Part shown: in pieces, positions 34,296 through 46,124 of the stretch
Position numbering within the stretch: the first letter of the stretch is position 1
How the letters are laid out: every line of letters begins with the position of its first letter
Origin: Escherichia coli
Lineage (GTDB): Bacteria; Pseudomonadota; Gammaproteobacteria; Enterobacterales; Enterobacteriaceae
Assembly: GCF_048403405.1 (NCBI RefSeq)
Contig: NZ_CP183129.1
DNA length: 64,000 bases
Strand: one strand, 5' to 3'
The notes under the pieces: generated by a model
The model's input: only the letters and a program-made list of their open reading frames with translations
Told to the model about the DNA's origin: nothing
The model's database searches: none
Made by a program: the position numbers and the translations under genes

Positions 34296-35465
34296 ATGTC
34301 TGTAGCCCTTATTCGTGACGGCGTCATCCGTCCATCCGAAAACGATTCGCATGTGCTTACCGCCATGCTGCCCTCGTCCTGCCCACAAAACCACGCGGCG
34401 AATATTCTGCCTTTGCCGGATGGCGCGTTAATGTGCGTCTGGTTTGCGGGAACGCAGGAAGGTATTGCCGATATTTCTGTCTGGGGATCGCGATTGCCCG
34501 CTGGCGGGATGCAGTGGAGCGATGCGGTCAAACTTTCCCACGATGACACGCGTTCAGAGCAAAACCCAGTGCTGTTTCTCGCGCCGGATAACGTGCTGTG
34601 GCTGCTATGGACCGCACAAATATCCGGGAATCAGGACACCGCCATCGTCCGCTACCGTAAGTCAGACGACCTCGGACAAACCTGGGGCGAGATTGCCACG
34701 CTGCTCGATAAACCCGGCACGTTCATTCGCCAGCCGATCACGGTGCTTGATAACGGCAACTGGCTGCTGCCCGTCTTTTATTGCCGTACCCAACCCGGTG
34801 AAAAATGGGTCGGCAATGATGATATCAGCGCAGTGAAAATTTCCGCTGACGGTGGTCACTCCTGGCGCGATGTCGTGGTGCCGCAAAGTCTCGGCTGCGT
34901 TCATATGAATATCACAATGCTGCACGACAGTACGTTGGTTGCTCTCTTTCGAAGCCGTTGGGCAGACAACATCTATATCAGCCATTCAGTGGACAACGGC
35001 GAGAGTTGGTCGGTGCCGCAAGCTACCGAATTGCCCAACAACAATTCGTCTATTCAGGTAACGACGCTTGCCAGCGGCGAACTGGCGCTGGTGTACAACG
35101 CGATGAGTGCGGCAGGCGCAGTAGAACGTCGCGCGTCGCTTTATGACGAAATCGACGATGGCGACGACAGCCGCAAAGAACCGACAGCCGTCGGACGCTC
35201 CGCTTTCTGGGGGGCCCCACGCGCGCCGATGACGGTAGCGATTTCTGCCGATGGTGGGAAAAGCTGGCCGTGGCGGCGCAATCTCGATGAAGGCGACGGC
35301 TACTGCATGACCAACAATTCCCTGGAAAAGCTAAATCGTGAGTTCTCCTACCCCAGCATCAAACAAAGCCCGGACGGTACGCTACATATCGCTTACACCT
35401 GGTGGCGTCAGGCCATCAAGTACGTGCGCATCTCCCCCGAGTGGGTTAAGGGGCAGGCATCATGA
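34296..35465 (+). CDS. BNR/Asp-box repeat protein (sialidase-like beta-propeller), apparently cytoplasmic
   Basis: 389 aa with four Asp-box motifs (SDDLGQTW, SADGGHSW, SVDNGESW, SADGGKSW). The N-terminus MSVALIRDGVIRPSENDSHV has no signal-peptide features. Confidence 0.75.
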   Translation: MSVALIRDGVIRPSENDSHVLTAMLPSSCPQNHAANILPLPDGALMCVWFAGTQEGIADISVWGSRLPAGGMQWSDAVKLSHDDTRSEQNPVLFLAPDNVLWLLWTAQISGNQDTAIVRYRKSDDLGQTWGEIATLLDKPGTFIRQPITVLDNGNWLLPVFYCRTQPGEKWVGNDDISAVKISADGGHSWRDVVVPQSLGCVHMNITMLHDSTLVALFRSRWADNIYISHSVDNGESWSVPQATELPNNNSSIQVTTLASGELALVYNAMSAAGAVERRASLYDEIDDGDDSRKEPTAVGRSAFWGAPRAPMTVAISADGGKSWPWRRNLDEGDGYCMTNNSLEKLNREFSYPSIKQSPDGTLHIAYTWWRQAIKYVRISPEWVKGQAS

Positions 35466-35932
35466 TTATCGGTAATCTCAACCATTTGTCGCTGGCGGGG
35501 CTTCCCGCCTGGGTGAGAAATATTCTGCTGTGCCCGGAGTGTTCGTTATCGGCGTTATCCGCCAGAGAGGACGGTCGCTGGCAACCTGAAGGATGTCGGT
35601 GGTTCTGCACGCTGGGAACTTCAGACACGCAACCCGCCGAACTCCGCCATACGGAGTATCACCATCTGTGGGCCGATATCCAGGTGGTGATTACTGGTTG
35701 TGAGGGCATTAATGCGGGAACGCGGCCCATCGCTCGCGAAAACGATGAAGAACGTAAGCCCGATCTGTTTATCGCCCCATCCCCTGAAAACAGTGTCGCC
35801 ATCACTCTACACCCCGGTGATTTCGCCGTCTTTATGCCTGAGGAACCTCACCAGGCGCTGTGCGCGATTGGCGCGGCTACGTCAGTACGCAAAGCGGTCT
35901 TTAAGGTACCGCGCGACATGCTGGAAGCCTAA
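35462..35932 (+). CDS. YhcH/YjgK/YiaL (DUF386) family protein
   Basis: 156 aa; C-terminal segment LHPGDFAVFMPEEPHQALCAIG resembles the conserved PGxFxVFxPxEPH motif of the YhcH/EbgC-like family. 4-nt overlap with the upstream BNR gene. Confidence 0.7.
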   Translation: MIIGNLNHLSLAGLPAWVRNILLCPECSLSALSAREDGRWQPEGCRWFCTLGTSDTQPAELRHTEYHHLWADIQVVITGCEGINAGTRPIARENDEERKPDLFIAPSPENSVAITLHPGDFAVFMPEEPHQALCAIGAATSVRKAVFKVPRDMLEA

Positions 35933-35945
35933 AAGGAGAGAAAAA

Positions 35946-37226
35946 ATGACAATGGAAATGATCCTGGCATTAGGAATACTGGTCCTGATGATCGTGCTGA
36001 TCATGTCGGACAAAATGCCATTTGGCGCACCGCCACTGCTTGCGTGTTTATTGCTGGTTGTCTCGGGACTTTCGACCGTTCAACAGGCTTTTGCCGGATT
36101 CGTCAATCCAAGCGTGGTGATGATTGCAGGGTTTATGGTGGTCATGGCAGCGCTACAAAAAACCCGGCTTATCAGCAACGTTAAATCTGCGATGATAAGC
36201 CTGGTCAATAAAGGCAGTTACCGCAGCTACGGGCTGTTGTTAGTCATTGTTATGCTGGGTGCCAGTCTTGCAGGCACCGGCGCGACCGGTTATTACGTGC
36301 TGATTCTGTCGCTGGTATCCACCATTCCGTACAGTAAAAAGCTACCAACATCGAAATTAATGATGCCCCTGGGATTTGCCACCAACCACCCGCTTCTTCC
36401 TATCAATCTCGCGCTTCTCTTTGGCGTTACGGCGACCGTACTCGAAACCGCGGGTTTTCATCAGGAGATTTCGATGGGGCGCTTTGCGCTGGTGAATCTC
36501 ATCATGTCAGCGGCGTTCCTCGCATGGAGTCTTATTGCCTACCGTTTTCTTCCGGATCATCCCATTGCGGATGCTTCCGAGGATGCGCTGGCGGCACGCG
36601 AGGAAACGTTTAACGCCCTTCCTGCCTGGAAAGAATATTGCACTATTGCCGCATTCGCTGTCAGCGTTATCGGCATGATGCTAATGAACATTCTGGGAAA
36701 TATCGCCTTCGTTATTCCGGGTCTTGCGGGTGCGTTTGTTCTGATGATCGATGTACTGGACTTTAAAGAAGTTCGCGATCATATGGGAGCGCCGGTCATT
36801 TTAATGATGGCGGGGGTGATCGGTGTAGCTGATGCACTGGCGGGCACCGGCTTTACGGCGATGGTTGGCGATGCCGTTGCAGGTGTGCTCGGTTCTGGCG
36901 TCTCACCGTTTGTATTTATTGTCGCCTTTGCTTTGCTTACCAGTACCTGCGCCACCTTCACGGGTTCGAATATGGGGTCTGTTTATATTTTTGCCCCCAT
37001 CGCCATTGCCGCCTGTACCAGCCTTGGGCTTAACCCGACCGCTGCAGCGATTGCGGTGGTGATTTCAGGCTGGAACGGCGGCTATATGCCTATTGACGGA
37101 ATGCCAGCCATGATCCTCGGAATGGGGAAATACAAACTTCCCGAATTCTGGGTGTTCTCTGTACCAATGTATCTCATCCGCATTCTGGCGCTTTGTGCAG
37201 GCGCTGTTTTTATCTTCCCAATGTAA
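35946..37226 (+). CDS. Ion-transporter-superfamily anion permease (GntP/CitMHS/DASS-like), putative sugar-acid importer
   Basis: About 426 aa of polytopic membrane protein from the ATG at 35946 preceded by AGGAGA. The track ORF 35700..37226 carries an 82-codon non-membrane extension that overlaps the YhcH gene in another frame. Confidence 0.7.
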   Translation: MTMEMILALGILVLMIVLIMSDKMPFGAPPLLACLLLVVSGLSTVQQAFAGFVNPSVVMIAGFMVVMAALQKTRLISNVKSAMISLVNKGSYRSYGLLLVIVMLGASLAGTGATGYYVLILSLVSTIPYSKKLPTSKLMMPLGFATNHPLLPINLALLFGVTATVLETAGFHQEISMGRFALVNLIMSAAFLAWSLIAYRFLPDHPIADASEDALAAREETFNALPAWKEYCTIAAFAVSVIGMMLMNILGNIAFVIPGLAGAFVLMIDVLDFKEVRDHMGAPVILMMAGVIGVADALAGTGFTAMVGDAVAGVLGSGVSPFVFIVAFALLTSTCATFTGSNMGSVYIFAPIAIAACTSLGLNPTAAAIAVVISGWNGGYMPIDGMPAMILGMGKYKLPEFWVFSVPMYLIRILALCAGAVFIFPM

Positions 37227-37234
37227 TCTCAGAC

Positions 37235-37272
37235 AAAAAAAGCGGCAGAGAAGATCCCTGCCGCTTTTTATT
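37235..37272. terminator. Bidirectional rho-independent terminator between the island permease and nagE
   Basis: Hairpin agcggcagagaagatccctgccgct flanked by an A-run and a T-run; a REP-like palindrome gatgcgacgctgccgtgtcgcatc follows at 37277..37300. Confidence 0.65.
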
Positions 37273-37314
37273 GTTGGATGCGACGCTGCCGTGTCGCATC
37301 AGGTATAAAGCAGA

Positions 37315-39261
37315 TTACTTTTTGATTTCATACAGCGGCGTTTGACCCGCCACGACATGGCCCTGAGCTTTAATGATCAAGCCGCTGAAATCGTCGATAT
37401 TGCTGCAAACCACCGGGCTAATCATCGAGCGGGCGTTAGCGTTCAGGTAATCCAGATCCATTTCCAGAATCGGTTGTCCTGCGCTTACCTGCGCGCCCTC
37501 TTCCACCAGACGTTTAAAACCTTTACCTTCCAGCGCTACGGTGTCGATACCCATATGGACGACGATCTCCGCGCCTTTTTCGGTTTCCAGGCAGAACGCG
37601 TGGTTGGTATTGAAGATTTTCACGATTGTCCCTGCGGCTGGTGATACGACGATTTTATCTGTCGGTTTCACCGCCACACCGTCACCCACCGCTTTGCTGG
37701 CGAATGCTTCGTCAGGAACCTGATCCAGTGCCACAACATCACCGGTAATCGGCGATACCAGCTCCGCGACAGACACCGCGTTTGGTATAGCCTGCGGTTT
37801 TGCTACAGGCGCGGCAGTTGCAGGCGCAGTTTCAGCTGACGTAGCGGCTACCGGACCACGGGCAACAACTTTCTTCATTGCATCGCCAATGGATTCCGCT
37901 TTCGCGCCAACAATCACCTGAATAGTCTGTTTGTTCAGTTTCACTACCCCAGAAGCACCCAGCCGTTTACACATCGCATCGTTGACGCGAGCCGAGTCAA
38001 CCACGGTCAGGCGCAGACGAGTAATACAGGCGTCAATTGCTTTCAGGTTGTCAGTGCCGCCAACCGCAGCAATATAGTTGGTCGCCAGTTGATTGAGGCC
38101 TTCTTCAGTGTTGCTGTTGGCTTCTTCAGTAACGATCTCATCTTCTTTATCTTCACGACCCGGCGTTTTCAGGTTGAACATGCGGATAACCAAACTGAAC
38201 ACCACGAAGTAGATAGCGAAGAAGACAACACCCATCACCAGCAGCATCCAGACGTTCTGGCTGGCGGCCGGCAGGTTATACATCAACGCGTAGTCGATAG
38301 CCCCCGCAGAGAAGGAGAAGCCCGCGTGGATACCCAGCAGCGTTGCCACAAACAGGCTGATACCGGTCAGCAGTGCGTGCAGGAGGTACAGCAGCGGCGC
38401 AAGGAACATGAACAGGAATTCCAGCGGCTCAGTCACACCGGTCAGGAACGCAGTAACAGCAACAGAAAGCAGCATACCGCCAACCATCGGACGACGCTCT
38501 TTCGGTGCTGCAAAGTACATCGCCAGCGCCGCACCCGGCAGACCGAACATCATGATCGGGAAGAAGCCGGACATGAACATCCCCGCGGTGCCGTCACCGG
38601 CATAGAAGCGGTTGATGTCACCGTGGAAAACCGTACCCGCCGCGTTGGTGAATTCACCAATCTGGAACCAGGCGATGGTGTTCAGTACCTGATGCAGACC
38701 GGTTGGGATCAGCAGACGGTTGATGAAACCAAAGATACCGGAACCCAGCGCGCCCGCAGAAACGATCCACTCGCCGCCTGCATGGATAGCGTGCTGTACC
38801 GGCGGCCAGACGTAACCAAAAATGGCCGCCAGCACCAGGCAGAAGAAGCCGGTGGCAATCGGCACAAAGCGTTTGCCGCCGAAGAAACTCAGGAAGTCCG
38901 GCAGTTTAATATCGGACCAACGGTTATAAGCTGCGCCACCAACCAGACCGGTAATGATACCCGCCAGTACACCCATGTTAATTTCCGGGTTGATGGTCAC
39001 CATCGCTTTGGTTAACACAAAGTAACCTACCGCACCCGCCAGCGCCGCCGCACCTGCGCTGTCTTTCGACCAGCTGGATGCCACACCGATGGCGAAGATT
39101 AATGCGAGGTTATCAAAAATCGCACCGCCCGCCTGGGCAATAAACGCAACGTTAAGTAAATCTGGCTGACCGAATCGCAGCAACAGCGCCGCCACCGGCA
39201 GCACCGCGATAGGGAGCTGTAACGCCCTACCGAGTCGCTGGAAAAAACCTAAAATATTCAT
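37315..39261 (-). CDS. nagE: PTS N-acetylglucosamine-specific EIICBA component
   Basis: 648 aa; EIIC membrane domain, EIIB Cys region (IDACITRLRL) and C-terminal EIIA domain. Confidence 0.95.
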   Translation of the reverse strand: MNILGFFQRLGRALQLPIAVLPVAALLLRFGQPDLLNVAFIAQAGGAIFDNLALIFAIGVASSWSKDSAGAAALAGAVGYFVLTKAMVTINPEINMGVLAGIITGLVGGAAYNRWSDIKLPDFLSFFGGKRFVPIATGFFCLVLAAIFGYVWPPVQHAIHAGGEWIVSAGALGSGIFGFINRLLIPTGLHQVLNTIAWFQIGEFTNAAGTVFHGDINRFYAGDGTAGMFMSGFFPIMMFGLPGAALAMYFAAPKERRPMVGGMLLSVAVTAFLTGVTEPLEFLFMFLAPLLYLLHALLTGISLFVATLLGIHAGFSFSAGAIDYALMYNLPAASQNVWMLLVMGVVFFAIYFVVFSLVIRMFNLKTPGREDKEDEIVTEEANSNTEEGLNQLATNYIAAVGGTDNLKAIDACITRLRLTVVDSARVNDAMCKRLGASGVVKLNKQTIQVIVGAKAESIGDAMKKVVARGPVAATSAETAPATAAPVAKPQAIPNAVSVAELVSPITGDVVALDQVPDEAFASKAVGDGVAVKPTDKIVVSPAAGTIVKIFNTNHAFCLETEKGAEIVVHMGIDTVALEGKGFKRLVEEGAQVSAGQPILEMDLDYLNANARSMISPVVCSNIDDFSGLIIKAQGHVVAGQTPLYEIKK

Positions 39262-39375
39262 CTTATTCCCCCTACGAGAACCCTATTTGGCTCGTTTAAA
39301 GCCGTATTTTTATTTTGCTGCAAATTGTACTGCCGATGTTCTGTAATCAGATTGTTAGATCATCTGCTACAGAGT

Positions 39376-39505
39376 GTGTGAAAATTTAATTCGTATCGCA
39401 AATTAAACGCGTGTCTTTTGTGAGTTTTGTCACCAAATATCGTTATCATCACTCCCTTTTACTGGCTAAACCAGAAAACTTATTTTATCATTCAAAAAAT
39501 CAGGT
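39376..39505. promoter_or_regulatory. nagE-nagB divergent control region: NagC operators and CRP site
   Basis: aatttaattcgtatcgcaaattaaacg (NagC-type operator), tgtgagttttgtcacc (CRP-like TGTGA-N6-TCAC) and cttattttatcattcaaaaaatcagg (second NagC-type site). Confidence 0.55.
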
Positions 39506-39593
39506 CGGATTGACGCCTGTCTGCGCAAATCCAGGTTACGCTTAAAGATGCCTAATCCGCCAACGGCTTACATTTTACTTATTGAGGTGAATA

Positions 39594-41602
<2,009 letters not shown>

Positions 41603-41610
41603 GAGAAAGT

Positions 41611-42831
41611 ATGACACCAGGCGGACAAGCTCAGATAGGTAATGTTGATCTCGTAAAACAGCTTAACAGCGCGGCGGTTTATCGCTTGATTGACCAGTAC
41701 GGGCCAATCTCGCGGATTCAGATTGCCGAGCAAAGCCAGCTTGCCCCCGCCAGCGTAACCAAAATTACGCGTCAGCTTATCGAACGCGGGCTGATTAAAG
41801 AAGTTGATCAGCAGGCCTCCACCGGGGGCCGCCGCGCTATCTCTATCGTCACCGAAACCCGCAATTTCCACGCAATCGGCGTACGGCTTGGTCGTCACGA
41901 CGCCACCATCACTCTGTTTGATCTCAGTAGCAAAGTGCTGGCAGAAGAACATTACCCGCTGCCGGAACGTACCCAGCAGACGCTGGAACATGCCCTGCTG
42001 AATGCCATTGCTCAGTTTATTGATAGCTACCAGCGCAAACTGCGCGAGCTGATCGCCATTTCCGTGATCCTGCCAGGACTTGTTGACCCGGACAGCGGCA
42101 AAATTCATTACATGCCGCATATTCAGGTAGAAAACTGGGGGCTGGTAGAAGCTCTGGAAGAACGTTTTAAAGTGACCTGTTTCGTCGGTCACGATATCCG
42201 TAGTCTGGCGCTGGCGGAGCACTACTTCGGTGCAAGTCAGGATTGCGAAGACTCCATTCTGGTGCGTGTACATCGCGGAACCGGGGCCGGGATTATCTCT
42301 AACGGGCGCATTTTTATTGGCCGCAACGGTAACGTCGGTGAAATTGGCCATATTCAGGTCGAACCGCTGGGTGAACGCTGCCACTGCGGCAACTTTGGCT
42401 GCCTGGAAACTATCGCCGCCAACGCTGCCATTGAACAACGGGTGTTGAATCTGTTAAAGCAGGGCTACCAGAGCCGTGTGCCACTGGACGACTGCACCAT
42501 CAAAACTATCTGCAAAGCCGCGAACAAAGGCGATAGCCTGGCGTCGGAAGTGATTGAGTATGTCGGTCGTCATCTGGGCAAAACCATCGCCATTGCTATC
42601 AACTTATTTAATCCGCAAAAAATTGTTATTGCCGGTGAGATCACCGAAGCCGATAAAGTGCTGCTCCCTGCTATTGAAAGCTGCATTAATACCCAGGCGC
42701 TGAAGGCGTTTCGTACTAATCTGCCGGTGGTACGTTCTGAGCTGGATCACCGCTCGGCAATCGGCGCTTTTGCGCTGGTAAAACGCGCCATGCTCAACGG
42801 TATTTTGCTCCAGCATTTGCTGGAAAATTAA
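41611..42831 (+). CDS. nagC: ROK-family repressor NagC
   Basis: 406 aa; N-terminal HTH and ROK domain with Cys/His zinc motif (GERCHCGNFGCLE). Confidence 0.95.
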   Translation: MTPGGQAQIGNVDLVKQLNSAAVYRLIDQYGPISRIQIAEQSQLAPASVTKITRQLIERGLIKEVDQQASTGGRRAISIVTETRNFHAIGVRLGRHDATITLFDLSSKVLAEEHYPLPERTQQTLEHALLNAIAQFIDSYQRKLRELIAISVILPGLVDPDSGKIHYMPHIQVENWGLVEALEERFKVTCFVGHDIRSLALAEHYFGASQDCEDSILVRVHRGTGAGIISNGRIFIGRNGNVGEIGHIQVEPLGERCHCGNFGCLETIAANAAIEQRVLNLLKQGYQSRVPLDDCTIKTICKAANKGDSLASEVIEYVGRHLGKTIAIAINLFNPQKIVIAGEITEADKVLLPAIESCINTQALKAFRTNLPVVRSELDHRSAIGAFALVKRAMLNGILLQHLLEN

Positions 42832-42878
42832 TGTGCTTTTATAGTGGCGCTTATTGTTGTCAATATTCTGGGTAGTCC

Positions 42879-43631
42879 ATGACCATTAAAAATGTAATTT
42901 GCGATATCGACGGCGTGCTGATGCACGATAACGTCGCCGTACCGGGTGCAGCGGAATTTTTGCACGGGATTATGGATAAAGGCCTGCCGCTGGTGTTGCT
43001 GACCAACTATCCTTCGCAGACCGGGCAAGATCTGGCGAACCGCTTTGCCACTGCCGGTGTCGATGTACCGGATAGCGTGTTTTATACCTCCGCGATGGCA
43101 ACCGCCGATTTCCTGCGTCGCCAGGAAGGCAAGAAAGCATATGTGGTGGGCGAAGGCGCACTGATTCATGAACTGTACAAAGCCGGTTTCACTATTACCG
43201 ATGTGAACCCTGATTTTGTGATTGTTGGCGAAACGCGTTCCTACAACTGGGACATGATGCATAAAGCAGCCTATTTCGTCGCTAACGGTGCACGCTTTAT
43301 CGCCACCAACCCGGACACCCACGGGCGCGGTTTTTATCCCGCGTGTGGCGCGTTGTGTGCAGGCATCGAAAAAATCTCCGGGCGTAAACCGTTCTATGTT
43401 GGTAAACCGAGTCCGTGGATCATCCGCGCAGCATTAAACAAAATGCAGGCGCATTCGGAAGAAACAGTGATTGTCGGCGATAACCTGCGTACCGATATTC
43501 TGGCGGGCTTCCAGGCCGGTCTGGAGACGATTCTGGTACTCTCTGGCGTTTCGTCGCTCGACGATATCGACAGTATGCCATTCCGCCCCAGCTGGATTTA
43601 CCCATCGGTCGCTGAAATCGACGTTATCTGA
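42879..43631 (+). CDS. nagD: HAD-superfamily UMP phosphatase NagD (UmpH)
   Basis: 250 aa; HAD motif I DxDG (ICDIDGVLM). Confidence 0.93.
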   Translation: MTIKNVICDIDGVLMHDNVAVPGAAEFLHGIMDKGLPLVLLTNYPSQTGQDLANRFATAGVDVPDSVFYTSAMATADFLRRQEGKKAYVVGEGALIHELYKAGFTITDVNPDFVIVGETRSYNWDMMHKAAYFVANGARFIATNPDTHGRGFYPACGALCAGIEKISGRKPFYVGKPSPWIIRAALNKMQAHSEETVIVGDNLRTDILAGFQAGLETILVLSGVSSLDDIDSMPFRPSWIYPSVAEIDVI

Positions 43632-43887
43632 ATAGCAACCACGCCTCAGGGCGTGGTTTCTTATTTTTACCCATCATTAAAATTCACCCATTCAATAAAA
43701 CCCGCCAAAAATTATCGATTCATCAATAAATACACCTCCACACCCTACCCTTTTTCATTAATCAGCAATCACCATTACGTTTTTTATTTACCCCCTGCCA
43801 AATCGCTTGCGTACAGTGCTGCTTTGCGGCATTTTTTTAAACAAGCAAACACAACAAGCAACAAATACCAGGTTAACGGAGAAGGTT

Positions 43888-45552
43888 ATGTGTTCAATTT
43901 TTGGCGTATTCGATATCAAAACAGACGCAGTTGAGCTGCGTAAGAAAGCACTCGAACTGTCACGCCTGATGCGTCATCGTGGCCCGGACTGGTCCGGTAT
44001 TTATGCCAGCGATAACGCCATTCTCGCCCACGAACGTCTGTCAATTGTTGACGTTAACGCGGGGGCGCAACCTCTCTACAACCAACAAAAAACTCATGTG
44101 CTGGCGGTAAACGGTGAAATCTACAACCACCAGGCACTGCGCGCCGAATATGGCGATCGTTATCAGTTCCAGACCGGATCTGACTGCGAAGTGATCCTCG
44201 CGCTGTATCAGGAAAAAGGGCCGGAATTTCTCGACGACTTGCAGGGCATGTTTGCCTTTGCCCTGTACGACAGCGAAAAAGATGCATATCTGATTGGTCG
44301 CGACCATCTGGGGATCATCCCACTGTATATGGGCTATGACGAACACGGTCAGCTGTATGTGGCCTCAGAAATGAAAGCCCTGGTGCCAGTTTGCCGCACG
44401 ATTAAAGAGTTCCCGGCGGGGAGCTATTTGTGGAGCCAGGACGGCGAAATCCGTTCTTATTATCACCGCGACTGGTTCGACTTTGATGCAGTGAAAGATA
44501 ACGTGACCGACAAAAACGAGCTGCGTCAGGCACTGGAAGATTCCGTTAAAAGCCATCTGATGTCTGACGTTCCTTACGGTGTGCTGCTATCTGGTGGCCT
44601 GGATTCCTCAATCATTTCCGCGATCACCAAGAAATACGCCGCCCGTCGCGTGGAAGATCAGGAACGCTCTGAAGCCTGGTGGCCGCAATTACACTCCTTT
44701 GCTGTAGGTCTGCCGGGTTCACCGGATCTGAAAGCAGCCCAGGAAGTGGCAAACCATCTGGGCACGGTGCATCACGAAATTCACTTCACTGTACAGGAAG
44801 GTCTGGACGCCATCCGCGACGTGATTTACCACATCGAAACCTATGATGTGACCACTATTCGCGCTTCAACACCGATGTATTTAATGTCGCGGAAGATCAA
44901 GGCGATGGGCATTAAAATGGTGCTGTCCGGTGAAGGTTCTGATGAAGTGTTTGGCGGTTATCTTTACTTCCACAAAGCACCGAATGCCAAAGAACTGCAT
45001 GAAGAGACGGTGCGTAAACTGCTGGCCCTGCATATGTATGACTGCGCGCGTGCCAACAAAGCGATGTCAGCCTGGGGCGTGGAAGCACGCGTTCCGTTCC
45101 TCGACAAAAAATTCCTCGACGTGGCGATGCGCATTAACCCACAGGATAAAATGTGCGGTAACGGCAAAATGGAAAAACACATCCTGCGTGAATGTTTTGA
45201 GTCGTACTTGCCCGCAAGTGTGGCCTGGCGGCAGAAAGAGCAGTTCTCCGATGGCGTCGGTTACAGTTGGATCGACACCCTGAAAGAAGTAGCGGCACAG
45301 CAGGTTTCTGATCAACAGCTGGAAACTGCCCGCTTCCGCTTCCCGTACAACACGCCGACGTCCAAAGAAGCGTATCTGTACCGCGAGATCTTTGAAGAAC
45401 TGTTCCCGCTTCCGAGCGCCGCTGAGTGCGTGCCGGGCGGCCCTTCCGTCGCGTGTTCTTCCGCTAAAGCGATCGAGTGGGATGAGGCGTTCAAGAAAAT
45501 GGACGATCCGTCTGGTCGTGCGGTTGGTGTTCACCAGTCGGCGTATAAGTAA
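43888..45552 (+). CDS. asnB: Asparagine synthetase B (glutamine-hydrolysing)
   Basis: Start at ATG 43888 (MCSIFGVFDIK, catalytic Cys2), preceded by GGAGAAGG; PP-loop SGGLDSS present; 554 aa. The track ORF is extended 27 codons upstream. Confidence 0.95.
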   Translation: MCSIFGVFDIKTDAVELRKKALELSRLMRHRGPDWSGIYASDNAILAHERLSIVDVNAGAQPLYNQQKTHVLAVNGEIYNHQALRAEYGDRYQFQTGSDCEVILALYQEKGPEFLDDLQGMFAFALYDSEKDAYLIGRDHLGIIPLYMGYDEHGQLYVASEMKALVPVCRTIKEFPAGSYLWSQDGEIRSYYHRDWFDFDAVKDNVTDKNELRQALEDSVKSHLMSDVPYGVLLSGGLDSSIISAITKKYAARRVEDQERSEAWWPQLHSFAVGLPGSPDLKAAQEVANHLGTVHHEIHFTVQEGLDAIRDVIYHIETYDVTTIRASTPMYLMSRKIKAMGIKMVLSGEGSDEVFGGYLYFHKAPNAKELHEETVRKLLALHMYDCARANKAMSAWGVEARVPFLDKKFLDVAMRINPQDKMCGNGKMEKHILRECFESYLPASVAWRQKEQFSDGVGYSWIDTLKEVAAQQVSDQQLETARFRFPYNTPTSKEAYLYREIFEELFPLPSAAECVPGGPSVACSSAKAIEWDEAFKKMDDPSGRAVGVHQSAYK

Positions 45553-45863
45553 GAAATGCGGTACTGCCCCGGAGAAATCCGGGGCTGTTTTAGTTATTGA
45601 GCTGCTTGTTGATTCTGATATGCAGTAAGGAAATGTTCCGGGTTTGCCACATCACTGTTTGACAACTCATCACTGTAGGCCAGTACTTCATAGATTAATT
45701 TCCCACCACTATTGTTGAATTCCGAATTTCATCCTGTATGACAAAAGAATGGCTGTAGGGTGGGGAAAAAACACAAAGTAAACAATAATTGACGAATATA
45801 GCGCCACGCTGTTCGCAACCTAACCAAACAGTCACTTTCGAGCAATTTTCCTTGAAAAAGAGG

Positions 45864-45892
45864 TTGACGCTGCAAGGCTCTATACGCATAAT
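45864..45892 (+). promoter_or_regulatory. metT tRNA-operon promoter (-35 ttgacg, 17-bp spacer, -10 cataat, GC-rich discriminator)
   Basis: Read directly upstream of the first tRNA; the GC-rich discriminator gcgccccgc is typical of stringently controlled stable-RNA promoters. Confidence 0.55.
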
Positions 45893-45931
45893 GCGCCCCG
45901 CAACGCCGATAAGGTATCGCGAAAAAAAGAT

Positions 45932-46008
45932 GGCTACGTAGCTCAGTTGGTTAGAGCACATCACTCATAATGATGGGGTCACAGGTTCGAATCCCGTCGT
46001 AGCCACCA
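45932..46008 (+). tRNA. metT: tRNA-Met (CAU), elongator
   Basis: 77-nt cloverleaf ggctacgtagctcagttggttagagcacatcactCATaatgatg...agccacca with encoded CCA. Confidence 0.9.
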
Positions 46009-46016
46009 TCTTTTTT

Positions 46017-46101
46017 GCGGGAGTGGCGAAATTGGTAGACGCACCAGATTTAGGTTCTGGCGCCGCAAGGTGTGCGAGTTCAAGTCTCGCCTCCCGCACC
46101 A
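46017..46101 (+). tRNA. leuW: tRNA-Leu (UAG)
   Basis: 85-nt type II tRNA with long variable arm; anticodon loop ...agatTTAGgtt...; ends gcacca. Confidence 0.9.
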
Positions 46102-46124
46102 TTCACCAGAAAGCGTTGTACGGA

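Noticed and set aside
35700-35945. 82-codon N-terminal extension of the island permease
   Set aside because: Non-membrane sequence overlapping the YhcH-family gene; a strong RBS and ATG at 35946 give a protein that begins directly with a transmembrane helix.
38089-39015. 308-aa + strand ORF rich in His/Gln/Arg
   Set aside because: Antisense to nagE; low-complexity composition typical of reverse-strand reading of a membrane-protein gene.
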